41,247 nucleotides of DNA, from NCBI GenBank assembly GCA_023475035.1, contig JAMCXF010000033.1, forward strand, positions 2,868 through 44,114, written 5' to 3'. How positions within the stretch are numbered: the first letter of the stretch is position 1; each line of letters begins with the position of its first letter. The notes beneath the pieces were generated by a model. The model made no database searches. It was not told where the DNA came from and saw nothing but the letters and a program-made list of their open reading frames with translations. Shown piece by piece: positions 7,386 through 17,191 of the stretch. The stretch is from Candidatus Pacearchaeota archaeon (GTDB lineage Archaea; Nanobdellota; Nanobdellia; Pacearchaeales; GW2011-AR1). Both the position numbers and the translations under genes were made by a program.

Positions 7386-7386
7386 T

Positions 7387-7698
7387 TTATTCCTGTATTA
7401 CCTTCCCTGTTCTTTGTCCTTTTTTCTGGTATTTAGATTTATTGCATGTCATGCAAGTGTACATTATATTTGTCTTTTTTGTTGTCTTTGATTTTCTCTT
7501 GAACTTTGAAACTGCGGGTTTACTTCCCCATTTTCCTTTGTTGCCGATTCCTCTTCCGAGTCCTCTTAATTTTGCACGGCTAATTGAACCTCTTGTAAGA
7601 GTTCCTCTCTTTGCTCCAGTTGACACTATCTTTATTTTTTGCTCTGTTTTTGCCTTGCAATAAGGACAAAATCTTTTTGTTGTCTTTGGAATCTTCAT
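7387..7698 (-). CDS. rpl44e: 50S ribosomal protein L44e (eL42).
   Basis: MKIPKTTKRFCPYCKAKTEQK...CMTCNK gives four Cys of a zinc ribbon. Protein is basic, 103 aa. Confidence 0.85.
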   Translation of the reverse strand: MKIPKTTKRFCPYCKAKTEQKIKIVSTGAKRGTLTRGSISRAKLRGLGRGIGNKGKWGSKPAVSKFKRKSKTTKKTNIMYTCMTCNKSKYQKKGQRTGKVIQE

Positions 7699-7785
7699 CG
7701 CGTCATAGTTTTCGACGAGATAATGAACTGGAGTTCATTAGGCGGGAATTCACTCGCTTTGCTCGTCATTTATCTTAAGGGAAGG
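7696..7785 (-). promoter_or_regulatory. Conserved leader/promoter element, copy 2, abutting the rpl44e ATG.
   Basis: Same conserved arms as 4357-4451. The central insert is a perfect 8-bp hairpin, taatgaac-tgga-gttcatta (7721-7740). An in-frame stop 13 codons upstream of the ATG shows it is non-coding. Confidence 0.6.
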
Positions 7786-7848
7786 AGAGAATTTGGGTTT
7801 TTAAAGTTTAAGTTTAATCAGAAATGGCCCTACTACTGAATAAAAATA

Positions 7849-7916
7849 TGGCCCTGCGAACTCGAGCCCCACTCGTTGCAATTAAAACTTTTCTCGCACT
7901 CGTGAAAACTCTCGGG
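7849..7916 (-). repeat. Exact 11-nt duplicate of the tRNA-Val 3' end (tggccctgcga, 7849-7859) plus the conserved ~54-nt trailer module (7861-7916).
   Basis: The duplicate lies exactly 100 nt from the true 3' end. The module ctcgagccccactcgttgcaattaaaacttttctcgcactcgtgaaaactctc is about 93% identical to 28781-28834. Confidence 0.75.
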
Positions 7917-7948
7917 AATTACACCTACGGTTCAATTCAAAATTTAAT

Positions 7949-8020
7949 TGGCCCTGCGAGGAATTGAACCTCGGTCTTGTCCACGTCAAGGACACGTCTT
8001 AGCCGTTGGACTACAAGGCC
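7949..8020 (-). tRNA. tRNA-Val (GAC), 72 nt, no intron.
   Basis: Manual cloverleaf: GGCCTTG/CAGGGCC acceptor, anticodon loop TTGACGT, T arm CGAGG-TTCAATT-CCTCG. Confidence 0.9.
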
Positions 8021-8072
8021 TTTCCCTTAAGTAGAAAGAAACGTTTAAAAAGTTTGTTTATTAATCTATTTT

Positions 8073-8276
8073 ATGGCAATTAAAATTGGTGGTTTAATAT
8101 TCGTTGCAAATCTTATAATCGGATTATATTTTATCAATGCAGGATTTAATTTTATTGTTCTTCCTGAACTTTTTCTTTCTTTAAACAAATGGATTAACAT
8201 CGTTGGTGGTATCTTATTAATCATCGGCGGATATTTTGCTATGAGGGCTATGACTCCTATTGCTCTCCGAAGATAA
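8073..8276 (+). CDS. Small membrane protein (67 aa, 2 TM) heading the giant-protein cluster.
   Basis: ORF track. Two hydrophobic helices, same strand as the following genes and 70 nt upstream of the next one. Confidence 0.5.
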   Translation: MAIKIGGLIFVANLIIGLYFINAGFNFIVLPELFLSLNKWINIVGGILLIIGGYFAMRAMTPIALRR

Positions 8277-8345
8277 ATCTTAATTTAGGACAACGTTTGA
8301 CATTTTTCTGATAAAGTTTATATACGTAAAATTCATTATTTCCTT

Positions 8346-10190
8346 ATGCTAGAAAAAGAGAGGATGAAGCGAGGACAGGTTACAATTTTTATCATTATTG
8401 CGATAATTATTGTTGCAGGAGTTGCAATTTTTTTATTTGTCTGGCAGGGAATAAGCATTGGACAAATTCCTTCAAATTTTGAACCAGTTTATAACACTTT
8501 TTTATCATGTCTGGAAGACAGAACAATGATTGGAATTGATATTCTTGAAAGTCAGGGGGGATATATTGAACTTCCTGATTTTGAACCTGGCTCTGTTCAT
8601 ATGCCTTTCTCATCGCAATTAAATTTCCTTGGAAATCCAATTCCTTACTGGTATTATGTTTCAGCAAATAATGTTCAGAAAGAACAAATTCCTTCAGAGC
8701 AGGATATGGAAAACTCTCTTGAGAATTTTATTAACGACGGAATAAGAGAGTGCAATTTTGCAAGTTATTATCAGGAAGGATTTGAAATTGTTCAGGGAGA
8801 ACCGAGTGCAAATGTCGACATAAAAGGCAGCAGCGTCGATGTCCGATTGGATATGAGCATGGAAATAACCCGCGGGGAAGATACAGCCTTGATAAGAGAA
8901 CATAATGCAGTTGTTAATTCAAGACTTGGAACTCTTTACAATTCAGCAAAAACTGTCTACCAAAAAGAACAGAGGGAATTATTCCTTGAGGATTATGGGA
9001 TAGACAATTTGAGATTATATGCTCCTGTCGACGGTGTTGAAATAAGCTGCAGCCCAAAAACGTGGAACAGTCACGAAGTATTTGGAGACTTGCAGGAGGC
9101 AATTGAAACAAACACTCTTGCACTAACTACGCAAACACCGACGACAAACGAGGGAAGATATTTTTATGTCGACGCTGGAATAAGCCAAGAGGCACGATTC
9201 ATTAATTCACGAAACTGGGCTTACAGCATTGAAATTCTGCCTTCTCAAAACGGACTGATGATTGCAGATCCTGTCGGAAATCAGCAAGGGCTTGGAATTC
9301 TCGGATTTTGTTATGTTCCTTATCACTTTGTTTATAATGTAAAATACCCTGTTTTAGTCCAGATTTATGAAGGAGATGAAACATTCCAGTTCCCTCTCGC
9401 TGTTATAATTCAGGGAAACAAACCAAGAGAAGAATTAACTTCTTCTGCAACCGACGAGGAGATAGAATTATGCAGCTACAAAAATACAGAAGCCACTGTC
9501 AGAACTTATGACAAAAATCTTAATCCTGTAAATTCAGTTATTTCCTACGAATGCTTCGGAGAAAGCTGTTTCATCGGGAATACAACTTCAGGAATTTTAA
9601 CAACTGAATTTCCGCAATGCAACAACGGATACATAATTGCAAAGGCAGAAGGTTTTGAAGAATCGCAGCAATTATTCTCGACGACAACAGAGGGAAGCGC
9701 AAGCGTGATAATGAACAGGCTTTATGATTTGGATGTGTCCTTAAAATTAAACGGAAACAACTACAACGACAAGGCATTCATTTATTTTGTTTCAGATTCA
9801 AACTCAAAGACAGTCGCTTATCCTGAACAAAAAATCGTTGAATTAAGCGAAGGAACTTATGAAGTTTCAGTTTATGCTTACAAAGATTCTTCGATCCAGT
9901 TGCAGGAAACTACTCATCAGGAATGTGTTGATGTCCCAAGTTCAGGAATTGGCGGAATATTCGGAATTACAGAAAAAAATTGCTTTGATGTAAAAATTCC
10001 TTCACAACTAGTTACAAATGCTCTTGCAGGAGGAGGAACATTAGAGTTCTATTTTACTGAAAATGAATTAAGCAGTTCAAACACTATTGAAATAAACGCA
10101 GCAGGATTTGCAACACCGACGACAATTGAACAGCTGCAGAATAATTATCTTTTATTTGAAGATGCGCAACTGGAGGTAACATTAAATTGA
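8346..10190 (+). CDS. Pilin-like protein with a class III (type IV prepilin-type) signal peptide and a large extracellular domain. The likely true start is ATG 8364 (MKRGQ...).
   Basis: The N-terminus MKRG|QVTIFIIIAIIIVAGVAIFLF fits the [KR]G-[QAS]-hydrophobic prepilin peptidase motif. The rest is hydrophilic and Cys-containing. Confidence 0.65.
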   Translation: MLEKERMKRGQVTIFIIIAIIIVAGVAIFLFVWQGISIGQIPSNFEPVYNTFLSCLEDRTMIGIDILESQGGYIELPDFEPGSVHMPFSSQLNFLGNPIPYWYYVSANNVQKEQIPSEQDMENSLENFINDGIRECNFASYYQEGFEIVQGEPSANVDIKGSSVDVRLDMSMEITRGEDTALIREHNAVVNSRLGTLYNSAKTVYQKEQRELFLEDYGIDNLRLYAPVDGVEISCSPKTWNSHEVFGDLQEAIETNTLALTTQTPTTNEGRYFYVDAGISQEARFINSRNWAYSIEILPSQNGLMIADPVGNQQGLGILGFCYVPYHFVYNVKYPVLVQIYEGDETFQFPLAVIIQGNKPREELTSSATDEEIELCSYKNTEATVRTYDKNLNPVNSVISYECFGESCFIGNTTSGILTTEFPQCNNGYIIAKAEGFEESQQLFSTTTEGSASVIMNRLYDLDVSLKLNGNNYNDKAFIYFVSDSNSKTVAYPEQKIVELSEGTYEVSVYAYKDSSIQLQETTHQECVDVPSSGIGGIFGITEKNCFDVKIPSQLVTNALAGGGTLEFYFTENELSSSNTIEINAAGFATPTTIEQLQNNYLLFEDAQLEVTLN

Positions 10191-13100
10191 ATAAAAAAAT
10201 TTTTATTCTTTTCATACTGACAATTTTATTTTTGCAGATTGTTTCTGCAGAAGTTTTTTCAAATGTTCAGAGTTCAGTGTTTACAAAAGAATCAACAAAA
10301 GCTTTTGACAATGCCTTGTGTCAGGAAGGAAAAGACTTTCTTGTGCAGATTGCTCCTTTCGGATGCGAACCTGCAGTTGTAAGAACTGACTTGCTGGAAG
10401 AGAATGATGTTCAGGTGCATTGCAAACTCGGAGCAACACAAATAAATCCTTTAATTGACGTCGAGACAATTGACAGCATTTCTTTTACAGGAAATTATCC
10501 TGAATCAGTTTCGGGAATTGGATTTCATCCTGCAAAAGCTGCATTGGGAGTAAAAGGAGATTTGAATTCTCCTGTACTGAACAATATTGGATATCTGGTT
10601 ATCAATTTGAAAAAACAGTCAAATGCATCAGCAATTCCTGATTCTGTCGAGGGAACTCTGACTGCGAGAATAAAATACAACATCAAAAATGCTCTCGGAA
10701 TCGGAAGCGCATCACTTTATCTTCAGGAATTAACTCAGGCAGACTGGGCAGACAAGAGAGCACAATACAATTTCTGGAACGGAAAAGGAACATTAAAAGC
10801 AGATGCAATAGGGAGCGACAGCGCGCAAATTTCTGTTTATTCTAATGAGCAAAAAATTTCAAGCGTCAACTTGGACAGGGGAGAGACTTCAAATATGATT
10901 TACATTCCTGGACTGCAATGCCAGGCAGGATTAAAATTAAAACTTGATAGTCTCGAAAATCCAAACACCAGAGCAGTCTTAAGAGTAAATGCAGAAGTAT
11001 TTGAAGTCGCTGCATGCGGGAGCAGTCTTTTCGGTTCTTCCTGCGAGAAATTCTTAGACAATAAATGCACAGTTGTAAGCTTGGAATCCCGAGGAATTAA
11101 TCAGAAAGCGAGAATAAAATGCATCGAAGATGAGAAGACAAGTGAGTTCAGCCTGATAATAAGCCCCAAATTAATTCTAAGCATTAACGGAGCTGAAAAC
11201 GAATACAGCGTCGGTGATTACTTATACAGCGAAGGAAGCAAAAGAGTTTATCTTGCATATATAGGAAATGAAAGAAACAAAAATGACATTAATTCCCTGT
11301 TTGCTTTTTTTGTTTCCAAACCTTCAACAGCAGACAAGCTCAGCGAAGAAGAAATTACATCTTTAGATTCTTTAATCTCCGACATAACTTACAGCGGAGT
11401 TAGTTCTTCAGGCATTATTGATTCAACAAATGATGCGCTGAAAAGTTTTGCAGGATTACTTGTTGCTTTTGGAAGATCTATTAATTCCGGAGAAGAATTG
11501 TTTACTTTGCGTTTTGCAGATGGGGAACGAACTATTTTTGGACAGAATGTTGCAATTAAAAATTTCGTCGGAGCACAGGACCTTGCACTTACAGGAACTG
11601 CAAAAGAATATTACGAAAACGCAAAAGAAGCTTACGAAACAATAAGAAACAGTTACACTTCTGAACCTTACACAAAAGATTCTACTTCAACTTTTGGCGA
11701 AGAAGCTTTTTACAATGAAATATTACTTGCGTGGAGATCCAATCAAAGAAAAACTTCTTATGACTTGTGCCAGGAATTTATGCAGGCATATCCTAACTCA
11801 AACAAGGACTTAAGTTACTGCACCGACGCTATAAAAAATGCAAATGAAGAAATACAGGAAGTTTATGTGACAGTCAATGGAGAAATTAAGACAATTTCTT
11901 TTGACGGAATTGTTGAACCTACTTTTGACGATTACGGAGTAAGAATTGTGATGAGCACCCCTGATGGAATAAATTATTTTGATTTGACAAAAGGAAAAAT
12001 TGTTTATACAAATGAAAACAATGCAGATTATCTTCAGCTTGTTTCTGCCGATGATGATTCTGCCGAGATAAGAACGAGTTTCAGCGTTGAGGGGCTGACT
12101 GAAAGCATAGCAAAAGAATTCAATACAGGGATAATCAGACTGGAGAAAGATACTCCAAAATCTTTTTTAGGAGGATATTCTTTTACCTTAACAAGAATTA
12201 ATCTTAAAAAAACTGCAAAAGTTTCTGTAATTCCGAACATAAATAATGCAGGAACAGAAGCAAACTTTAGTTTCAAAATTGGAATTGAAAAAAGAGCAAT
12301 AAGCCTTCCTCCTGAAAAAACCAGAGAGATAATTACAAATCTTAACAAGACAATAAATCAGTGGAGTGGGATTTCAAATACTCTCGGAACAACCGTTCAG
12401 GGACTTCAGGCAGGATGTCTTGCTGCGGGGACTGCCTTAGTTGCAAAGAACTTCCTTACAGGAACTGGCGGAGCAGGAATTGCAAGACAAACTGTAATGA
12501 GAGGCAGCGACGGATGGACAGAAAAATGCACTGATTTAGTTGCTCAAAAAACTTACGAGTCATTAGATAAATGCTACCTTGAAAATTCGGATAAAATTGA
12601 CAAAGATGTTGAAGAAGTTTCAAGAATTATTGAACAGCAAAACACAAGAATTAAGCAATTGGAATCTGGGATTACCAAAACAGAATTTTTAACTGACAGC
12701 ATTGTAAACACAAGCGCATTCATGCAGAGATATATTCCTGAAGTTAGTGAATGCATTGGAAATCAAGGCTATACAGACCCAAGCGGGAAAGGAGCTGAAA
12801 TAACTTCTGCAGATTTGAATTCAATTTCTTACATCAACTGGGAAGATAATAAATATTTCAGCAAAGAAGATTTGAGAGACATTGAATTATATTGCGATGT
12901 CTTGAAATCAAACACTGCAAGCAATGAGTTAAAAGCAATTGCAAGACAAAGAATTTATTCTAATTTGCTAGATGTTAAAACAAATGCAGGAAATAAAGTT
13001 GTCATTACGAATTTAGCAAATTCTTTCGGAATTGCATCTGATGACATAACTTTTGTTGAAACAGGAGAAAATGTCAGAAAATTCCGATATGAGGGATTAA

Positions 13101-16100
13101 CAAATGGAAATACTGGAAACAGAATTTCAGGGGAAGGAATTACTTCTGAAACGCCTGTTGCTGTTGTTTCAACTTCCGACGGAAAACAGTACATTGTTGC
13201 ATTAGACAATTCAGCAGGAACACAACAGCTCCCTGTAAAGAAAGTTTACACTTCTACTGGAGTTCCTGTAGATACTCCTCCAGAATTTACAAGAATTTAT
13301 TTCCAGAGATATGACGCAGGCAGTTATCAGAATCAGTACAAGAATGCACAGTTAAGATATTATGAGACTGAACCTTACAAAGGACTTCCTGCAATGGTTC
13401 CTTTTGATTTGAAAAACGGATGGTATGCAGCGACGAAACAAACTCTTCCTACTGGAGGAAATATTCAGCCATTTGACTCTTCTGCGCGTCCTAATAGTTT
13501 TTATTTATGTAACGTCGGAGAAAACGGATTGGAAGAATTTCAGACAATTGGCGATGATACCTGCGAAATGATTAATCTAGGAACAGGAATGCCTTACAGC
13601 CAATTCCCAGGACTTGACGAGAGAGAAGCAAAAACTTTGATAGACAAAGGTGTTCAGGCAATTTCTCAGGCATCAAGATTATACAGAGCAGGATTGTCGG
13701 GAAAAGTTAACATTCTTGGAGAAGTTGTTGAAGTTGGAAGTCCTGCAGCAGATATTCCTCAATTCCAATGTCAGGATTTTATGTCTCCTAAAGAATGTCT
13801 TTTATTATTCAACTTGTGTGACCCTGTAATTTGTCCTTCGAGCAGATGTGATTTGGGCGGGGCATATCCTGTCAAAGATGTTGTGCAATCAGGAGTGATA
13901 GGAAGCCTTGTTTTGTGTTTGCCTAACATGCAGGAGGGAATTATTTTCCCTGTATGCCTTACAGGAGTAAAAGCAGGCCTAGATGGATTTTTGTCAATTC
14001 TTAATTCTTACAAAGATTGTCTTCAGGAAAGCTTGGACACAGGAAAAGTTGTAGGTATCTGCGACGAGATTTACAGCATTTATGTTTGTGATTTCTTCTG
14101 GAGACAAGCACTTCCATTCGCCGACATAGTGATTCCAAAAGTTGTTGAATCTCTTCTTGGGCAAAATGTAAGAGGCGGTGGAGAATATGCAGGAGTAGAA
14201 AGTTCATGGAGCCTTGCTGAACAGTCAATAAGTTATTTCACAAATTATTACGGTGTTAATGCAAAGAATGCATTCCTGACGAGAACAACAGAGACAATAC
14301 AGAGTGAAGTGTGCAAATCATATGTTTCTGCAGTTGTTCCAACAGGCGCTGATTTTGTAAATAAAATAACTACACCAGCTTCTCCTGTTCAGTTCACAGG
14401 AAGATTTGATGAGATTCCGTTGACAACTGCAACAGTTCCTCCAACTTCGCATTATAAAGTATTTTATCATATATTTGCAGGAAAAGATTCTGGCGCTTAC
14501 TACCAAGTTTATCTGAAAGGAAGCCCTGAAACTTCATACTATCAGGATGCATCGCAGAATTTGATAATTGCTTCTGGATACGTCGCTGTCGGAGGTTATG
14601 CAACTGACACTCCTGACTTGACAGCAGTTTCAGGATATAATCAAATGTGCATAAATGTAAACGGGCAGGAAGTATGTGGGTTTAAGGAAGTTTCAACTGA
14701 CTTTGCAATTAATTACGTCAAGGATACTTATCTTGCAGAACAGGCTACTACGACAGACATAACAACAGAGTCTGAATGCATCTCAGGAAGTGCGAGCATT
14801 TACAATTTACTTACTCCCAATGCTCAGGCTGGTGTTGAAGGAGCAATTAATCCTGCGATTTATGACAGAGGAATAACGAGAATATGTGCAACAGAAAATC
14901 CTGGACTGGGAACTGACATTAATGTTTATACTACTACTCCTGTAACTGGCGGAGTAATAACAGGAAAAGTTGGATTTATCGACGAGGAAGACAAAACCCC
15001 TACGCCAACAGAAACAACAATTGAAGAAGTTCCTCCAACAACCATAGAAGAAGATAAAAAAATAATTGAAAATCTCACAAAGGATCCTGGAGTAGTTGAA
15101 GGGCCAAGATGGGTTGCTGTTGGATATTGTGATAATGAAAAAATAAAATGCTGGCTTGATACTGAGAGTGTCAAAGATGTAATAAAGGGAACAACGATTG
15201 AAGGAGATGCGTTGGATGAAGTTACACAAAATTATATGGAAGTATTGCTTAATGAGGGAAATTACTTGAGTGAAAAGGATTTCTCTTCGGCAATTCAGGA
15301 AATAGAAAAAGAAAAAGACAACTCAAAGAAACTGAATTTAATCAGCAACATCTTTGGAAATGTATTTTGGAGCACAGAAAAAGTTCAGTTGATTTTCTTG
15401 AGAGGAAATGCATATGCTGAATTGCTGGCTGTTGTTTTAAAAGAACAACCAAAACCAGATCAAACAATTACAGGTGTTAAAGAAACAGAAGGAGTAAAAG
15501 AAAAATATCTTAACCTTGACGCACGGGATAGAGTTCTTGCTGCTGCTGCAGATTTAGACGGCACAATTGTTCCCGGAAGAAACCTAAAAACAGGAACTGG
15601 ATTAGGCGCGGTTCCGATAAATAAAAATTGTCTTTCTGCTGCATATTCAGTTTATGAAACTGCAGGAGTTAGTTATTCCTGTGTTTATTCAAATCCTTAT
15701 TCAGACAAATTTGCAATTAAAACAAGCGCAGCGATGGAAAATACTCTTACAAGAAATGGTATAACAAATTTACAGGCGTATAATGCTGCCAAATCATCAG
15801 CAGAAACGCGAACAATAACTCTTGATGTTGACAAAAGACCAGACAAAACTCACGCCACCTGGATTACCAATGAAAGATGCAAGGGCGTTACTGAAGAACA
15901 AAAATTGAACTCTCTTCAGCCTGGAGATTTCATACTTTATGTATGGAGTGCAACATGGCCTTCCTACAATAATTATCAATCTCTTGCATATGACTATGAT
16001 CACGCAGCAATTTTTATTCGATGGGCTGATGAAAAAAACAGGATTGCAGTATTATTTGACTGGAATGGAGCTTCACCCGGAAATAGCTGGGGAATAAAAA

Positions 16101-17035
16101 TGGGGGAGCAGGATAAAAATGGAAAGATTTGCACAGATGAAAATAGATATTACAACAAAGATAAAAATCCAACACCTTTCTGCGCAATTTACAGATATTA
16201 CGAGGTGGATTTGAAAGATGATGCTCACCCTGTATACTTGTTCCAGGTACCATATATAGCAGGACAGTCAGTTCCAGGAGATAAAAAAGGCGTCGATACT
16301 ATTACAACTGATTCGGACTCTGCAGACGCATCCAGAATTTCTGAAATAATCAATCCAACTTATCCTATAAGCTACAAAATATTTTTAGAATCAACTAAAT
16401 TTGCAGGAACTTCAGGAACTTCTCTTTCATTTGTGACTCAGTCATTATCCAATGCGAAGGCAGTAAGCAAATCTTTCCCGACGATTAATGAATTGACTTC
16501 AATCTTAAGTGCTGACAAAAATTTTGTCGAAGTTGACATTAACAATCTCCAGAAAGGTGATGTAATTTTATTAGGAAAAGGATGCGATTTGGATTCTGTT
16601 GGAATCTTTTCTGAATACCGTTCTGATAAAAAAGAGATTACTTATTACACAAGTGTCGACGGAAAAGTCCAGGAAGTTAAAAGCAGTTTTGTCACAAAAA
16701 TAGACTTTAATTTATTCATTTACAAATATGTTTACCGAGCTTACAGATATGTTGGAGATTTAACTGACACTGAGAAGAATACGGTGGTGAAGGCAAGAAC
16801 ACGATGGACACTTTCTTCTGCTCTTGAGAGATTTATTTCTGCAGGAGCGCCAACAGGAGATTATAATAAGAATAAGATTTTCTCTGATGAAATTGTATTC
16901 GACGGAATTCTTACAAAACAGGAATGCCAGGATTTGACAGGGGGAATTTTAGGCTTTGGAAAAGATATGAACTGGCTTAAAACAAAATTATTGGAAAAAC
17001 AAAGTGCTTCAGGAGTTTCTGGTTTTGCACATTAA
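10187..17035 (+). CDS. Giant secreted protein (2,282 aa). It has a Sec signal peptide, a central Cys-rich/hydrophobic region and a C-terminal NlpC/P60-like papain-fold module.
   Basis: MNKKIFILFILTILFLQIVSA|E. The TTG start overlaps the upstream TGA (TTGA), with GGAGGT at 10172-10177. A Cys cluster lies around aa 1185-1300. KNCLSAAYSVYETAG (Cys ~1815), LQPGDFILYVWS and DHAAIFI (His ~1939) resemble the NlpC/P60 Cys/His motifs. Confidence 0.7.
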   Translation: MNKKIFILFILTILFLQIVSAEVFSNVQSSVFTKESTKAFDNALCQEGKDFLVQIAPFGCEPAVVRTDLLEENDVQVHCKLGATQINPLIDVETIDSISFTGNYPESVSGIGFHPAKAALGVKGDLNSPVLNNIGYLVINLKKQSNASAIPDSVEGTLTARIKYNIKNALGIGSASLYLQELTQADWADKRAQYNFWNGKGTLKADAIGSDSAQISVYSNEQKISSVNLDRGETSNMIYIPGLQCQAGLKLKLDSLENPNTRAVLRVNAEVFEVAACGSSLFGSSCEKFLDNKCTVVSLESRGINQKARIKCIEDEKTSEFSLIISPKLILSINGAENEYSVGDYLYSEGSKRVYLAYIGNERNKNDINSLFAFFVSKPSTADKLSEEEITSLDSLISDITYSGVSSSGIIDSTNDALKSFAGLLVAFGRSINSGEELFTLRFADGERTIFGQNVAIKNFVGAQDLALTGTAKEYYENAKEAYETIRNSYTSEPYTKDSTSTFGEEAFYNEILLAWRSNQRKTSYDLCQEFMQAYPNSNKDLSYCTDAIKNANEEIQEVYVTVNGEIKTISFDGIVEPTFDDYGVRIVMSTPDGINYFDLTKGKIVYTNENNADYLQLVSADDDSAEIRTSFSVEGLTESIAKEFNTGIIRLEKDTPKSFLGGYSFTLTRINLKKTAKVSVIPNINNAGTEANFSFKIGIEKRAISLPPEKTREIITNLNKTINQWSGISNTLGTTVQGLQAGCLAAGTALVAKNFLTGTGGAGIARQTVMRGSDGWTEKCTDLVAQKTYESLDKCYLENSDKIDKDVEEVSRIIEQQNTRIKQLESGITKTEFLTDSIVNTSAFMQRYIPEVSECIGNQGYTDPSGKGAEITSADLNSISYINWEDNKYFSKEDLRDIELYCDVLKSNTASNELKAIARQRIYSNLLDVKTNAGNKVVITNLANSFGIASDDITFVETGENVRKFRYEGLTNGNTGNRISGEGITSETPVAVVSTSDGKQYIVALDNSAGTQQLPVKKVYTSTGVPVDTPPEFTRIYFQRYDAGSYQNQYKNAQLRYYETEPYKGLPAMVPFDLKNGWYAATKQTLPTGGNIQPFDSSARPNSFYLCNVGENGLEEFQTIGDDTCEMINLGTGMPYSQFPGLDEREAKTLIDKGVQAISQASRLYRAGLSGKVNILGEVVEVGSPAADIPQFQCQDFMSPKECLLLFNLCDPVICPSSRCDLGGAYPVKDVVQSGVIGSLVLCLPNMQEGIIFPVCLTGVKAGLDGFLSILNSYKDCLQESLDTGKVVGICDEIYSIYVCDFFWRQALPFADIVIPKVVESLLGQNVRGGGEYAGVESSWSLAEQSISYFTNYYGVNAKNAFLTRTTETIQSEVCKSYVSAVVPTGADFVNKITTPASPVQFTGRFDEIPLTTATVPPTSHYKVFYHIFAGKDSGAYYQVYLKGSPETSYYQDASQNLIIASGYVAVGGYATDTPDLTAVSGYNQMCINVNGQEVCGFKEVSTDFAINYVKDTYLAEQATTTDITTESECISGSASIYNLLTPNAQAGVEGAINPAIYDRGITRICATENPGLGTDINVYTTTPVTGGVITGKVGFIDEEDKTPTPTETTIEEVPPTTIEEDKKIIENLTKDPGVVEGPRWVAVGYCDNEKIKCWLDTESVKDVIKGTTIEGDALDEVTQNYMEVLLNEGNYLSEKDFSSAIQEIEKEKDNSKKLNLISNIFGNVFWSTEKVQLIFLRGNAYAELLAVVLKEQPKPDQTITGVKETEGVKEKYLNLDARDRVLAAAADLDGTIVPGRNLKTGTGLGAVPINKNCLSAAYSVYETAGVSYSCVYSNPYSDKFAIKTSAAMENTLTRNGITNLQAYNAAKSSAETRTITLDVDKRPDKTHATWITNERCKGVTEEQKLNSLQPGDFILYVWSATWPSYNNYQSLAYDYDHAAIFIRWADEKNRIAVLFDWNGASPGNSWGIKMGEQDKNGKICTDENRYYNKDKNPTPFCAIYRYYEVDLKDDAHPVYLFQVPYIAGQSVPGDKKGVDTITTDSDSADASRISEIINPTYPISYKIFLESTKFAGTSGTSLSFVTQSLSNAKAVSKSFPTINELTSILSADKNFVEVDINNLQKGDVILLGKGCDLDSVGIFSEYRSDKKEITYYTSVDGKVQEVKSSFVTKIDFNLFIYKYVYRAYRYVGDLTDTEKNTVVKARTRWTLSSALERFISAGAPTGDYNKNKIFSDEIVFDGILTKQECQDLTGGILGFGKDMNWLKTKLLEKQSASGVSGFAH

Positions 17036-17065
17036 TTCTAAAAACTATATTCAAATCAAAAATAA

Positions 17066-17149
17066 TGCGGAGTATAGGATTTGAACCTATGTAGGCACTA
17101 AGCCGACAGCTCCTAAGGCTGCCCCGTTTGACCACTCCGGCAACTCCGC
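17066..17149 (-). tRNA. tRNA-Leu (UAG), 84 nt, with a long variable arm.
   Basis: Manual cloverleaf: GCGGAGT/ACTCCGC acceptor, anticodon loop CTTAGGA, variable arm GGC-TTAGT-GCC, T arm ATAGG-TTCAAAT-CCTAT. Confidence 0.9.
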
Positions 17150-17191
17150 ATATGTATTTATCAAAAATCATTAATATAAAAAGTTTTAGAA

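Noticed and set aside
7874-7908. A CRISPR-repeat-like string (gttgcaattaaaac...gtgaaaac) in the tRNA trailers.
   Set aside because: There is only one copy at the Val locus and two at the Met locus, separated by ~9 nt rather than 30-40-nt spacers. No cas genes are present. It is better treated as an element module.
10281-16253. Many 60-140-aa ORFs on the minus strand and in alternative frames within the giant gene (e.g. 12034-12348 and 14807-15229).
   Set aside because: They are all embedded in the 2,282-aa ORF and have low-complexity translations, so they are treated as frame shadows.
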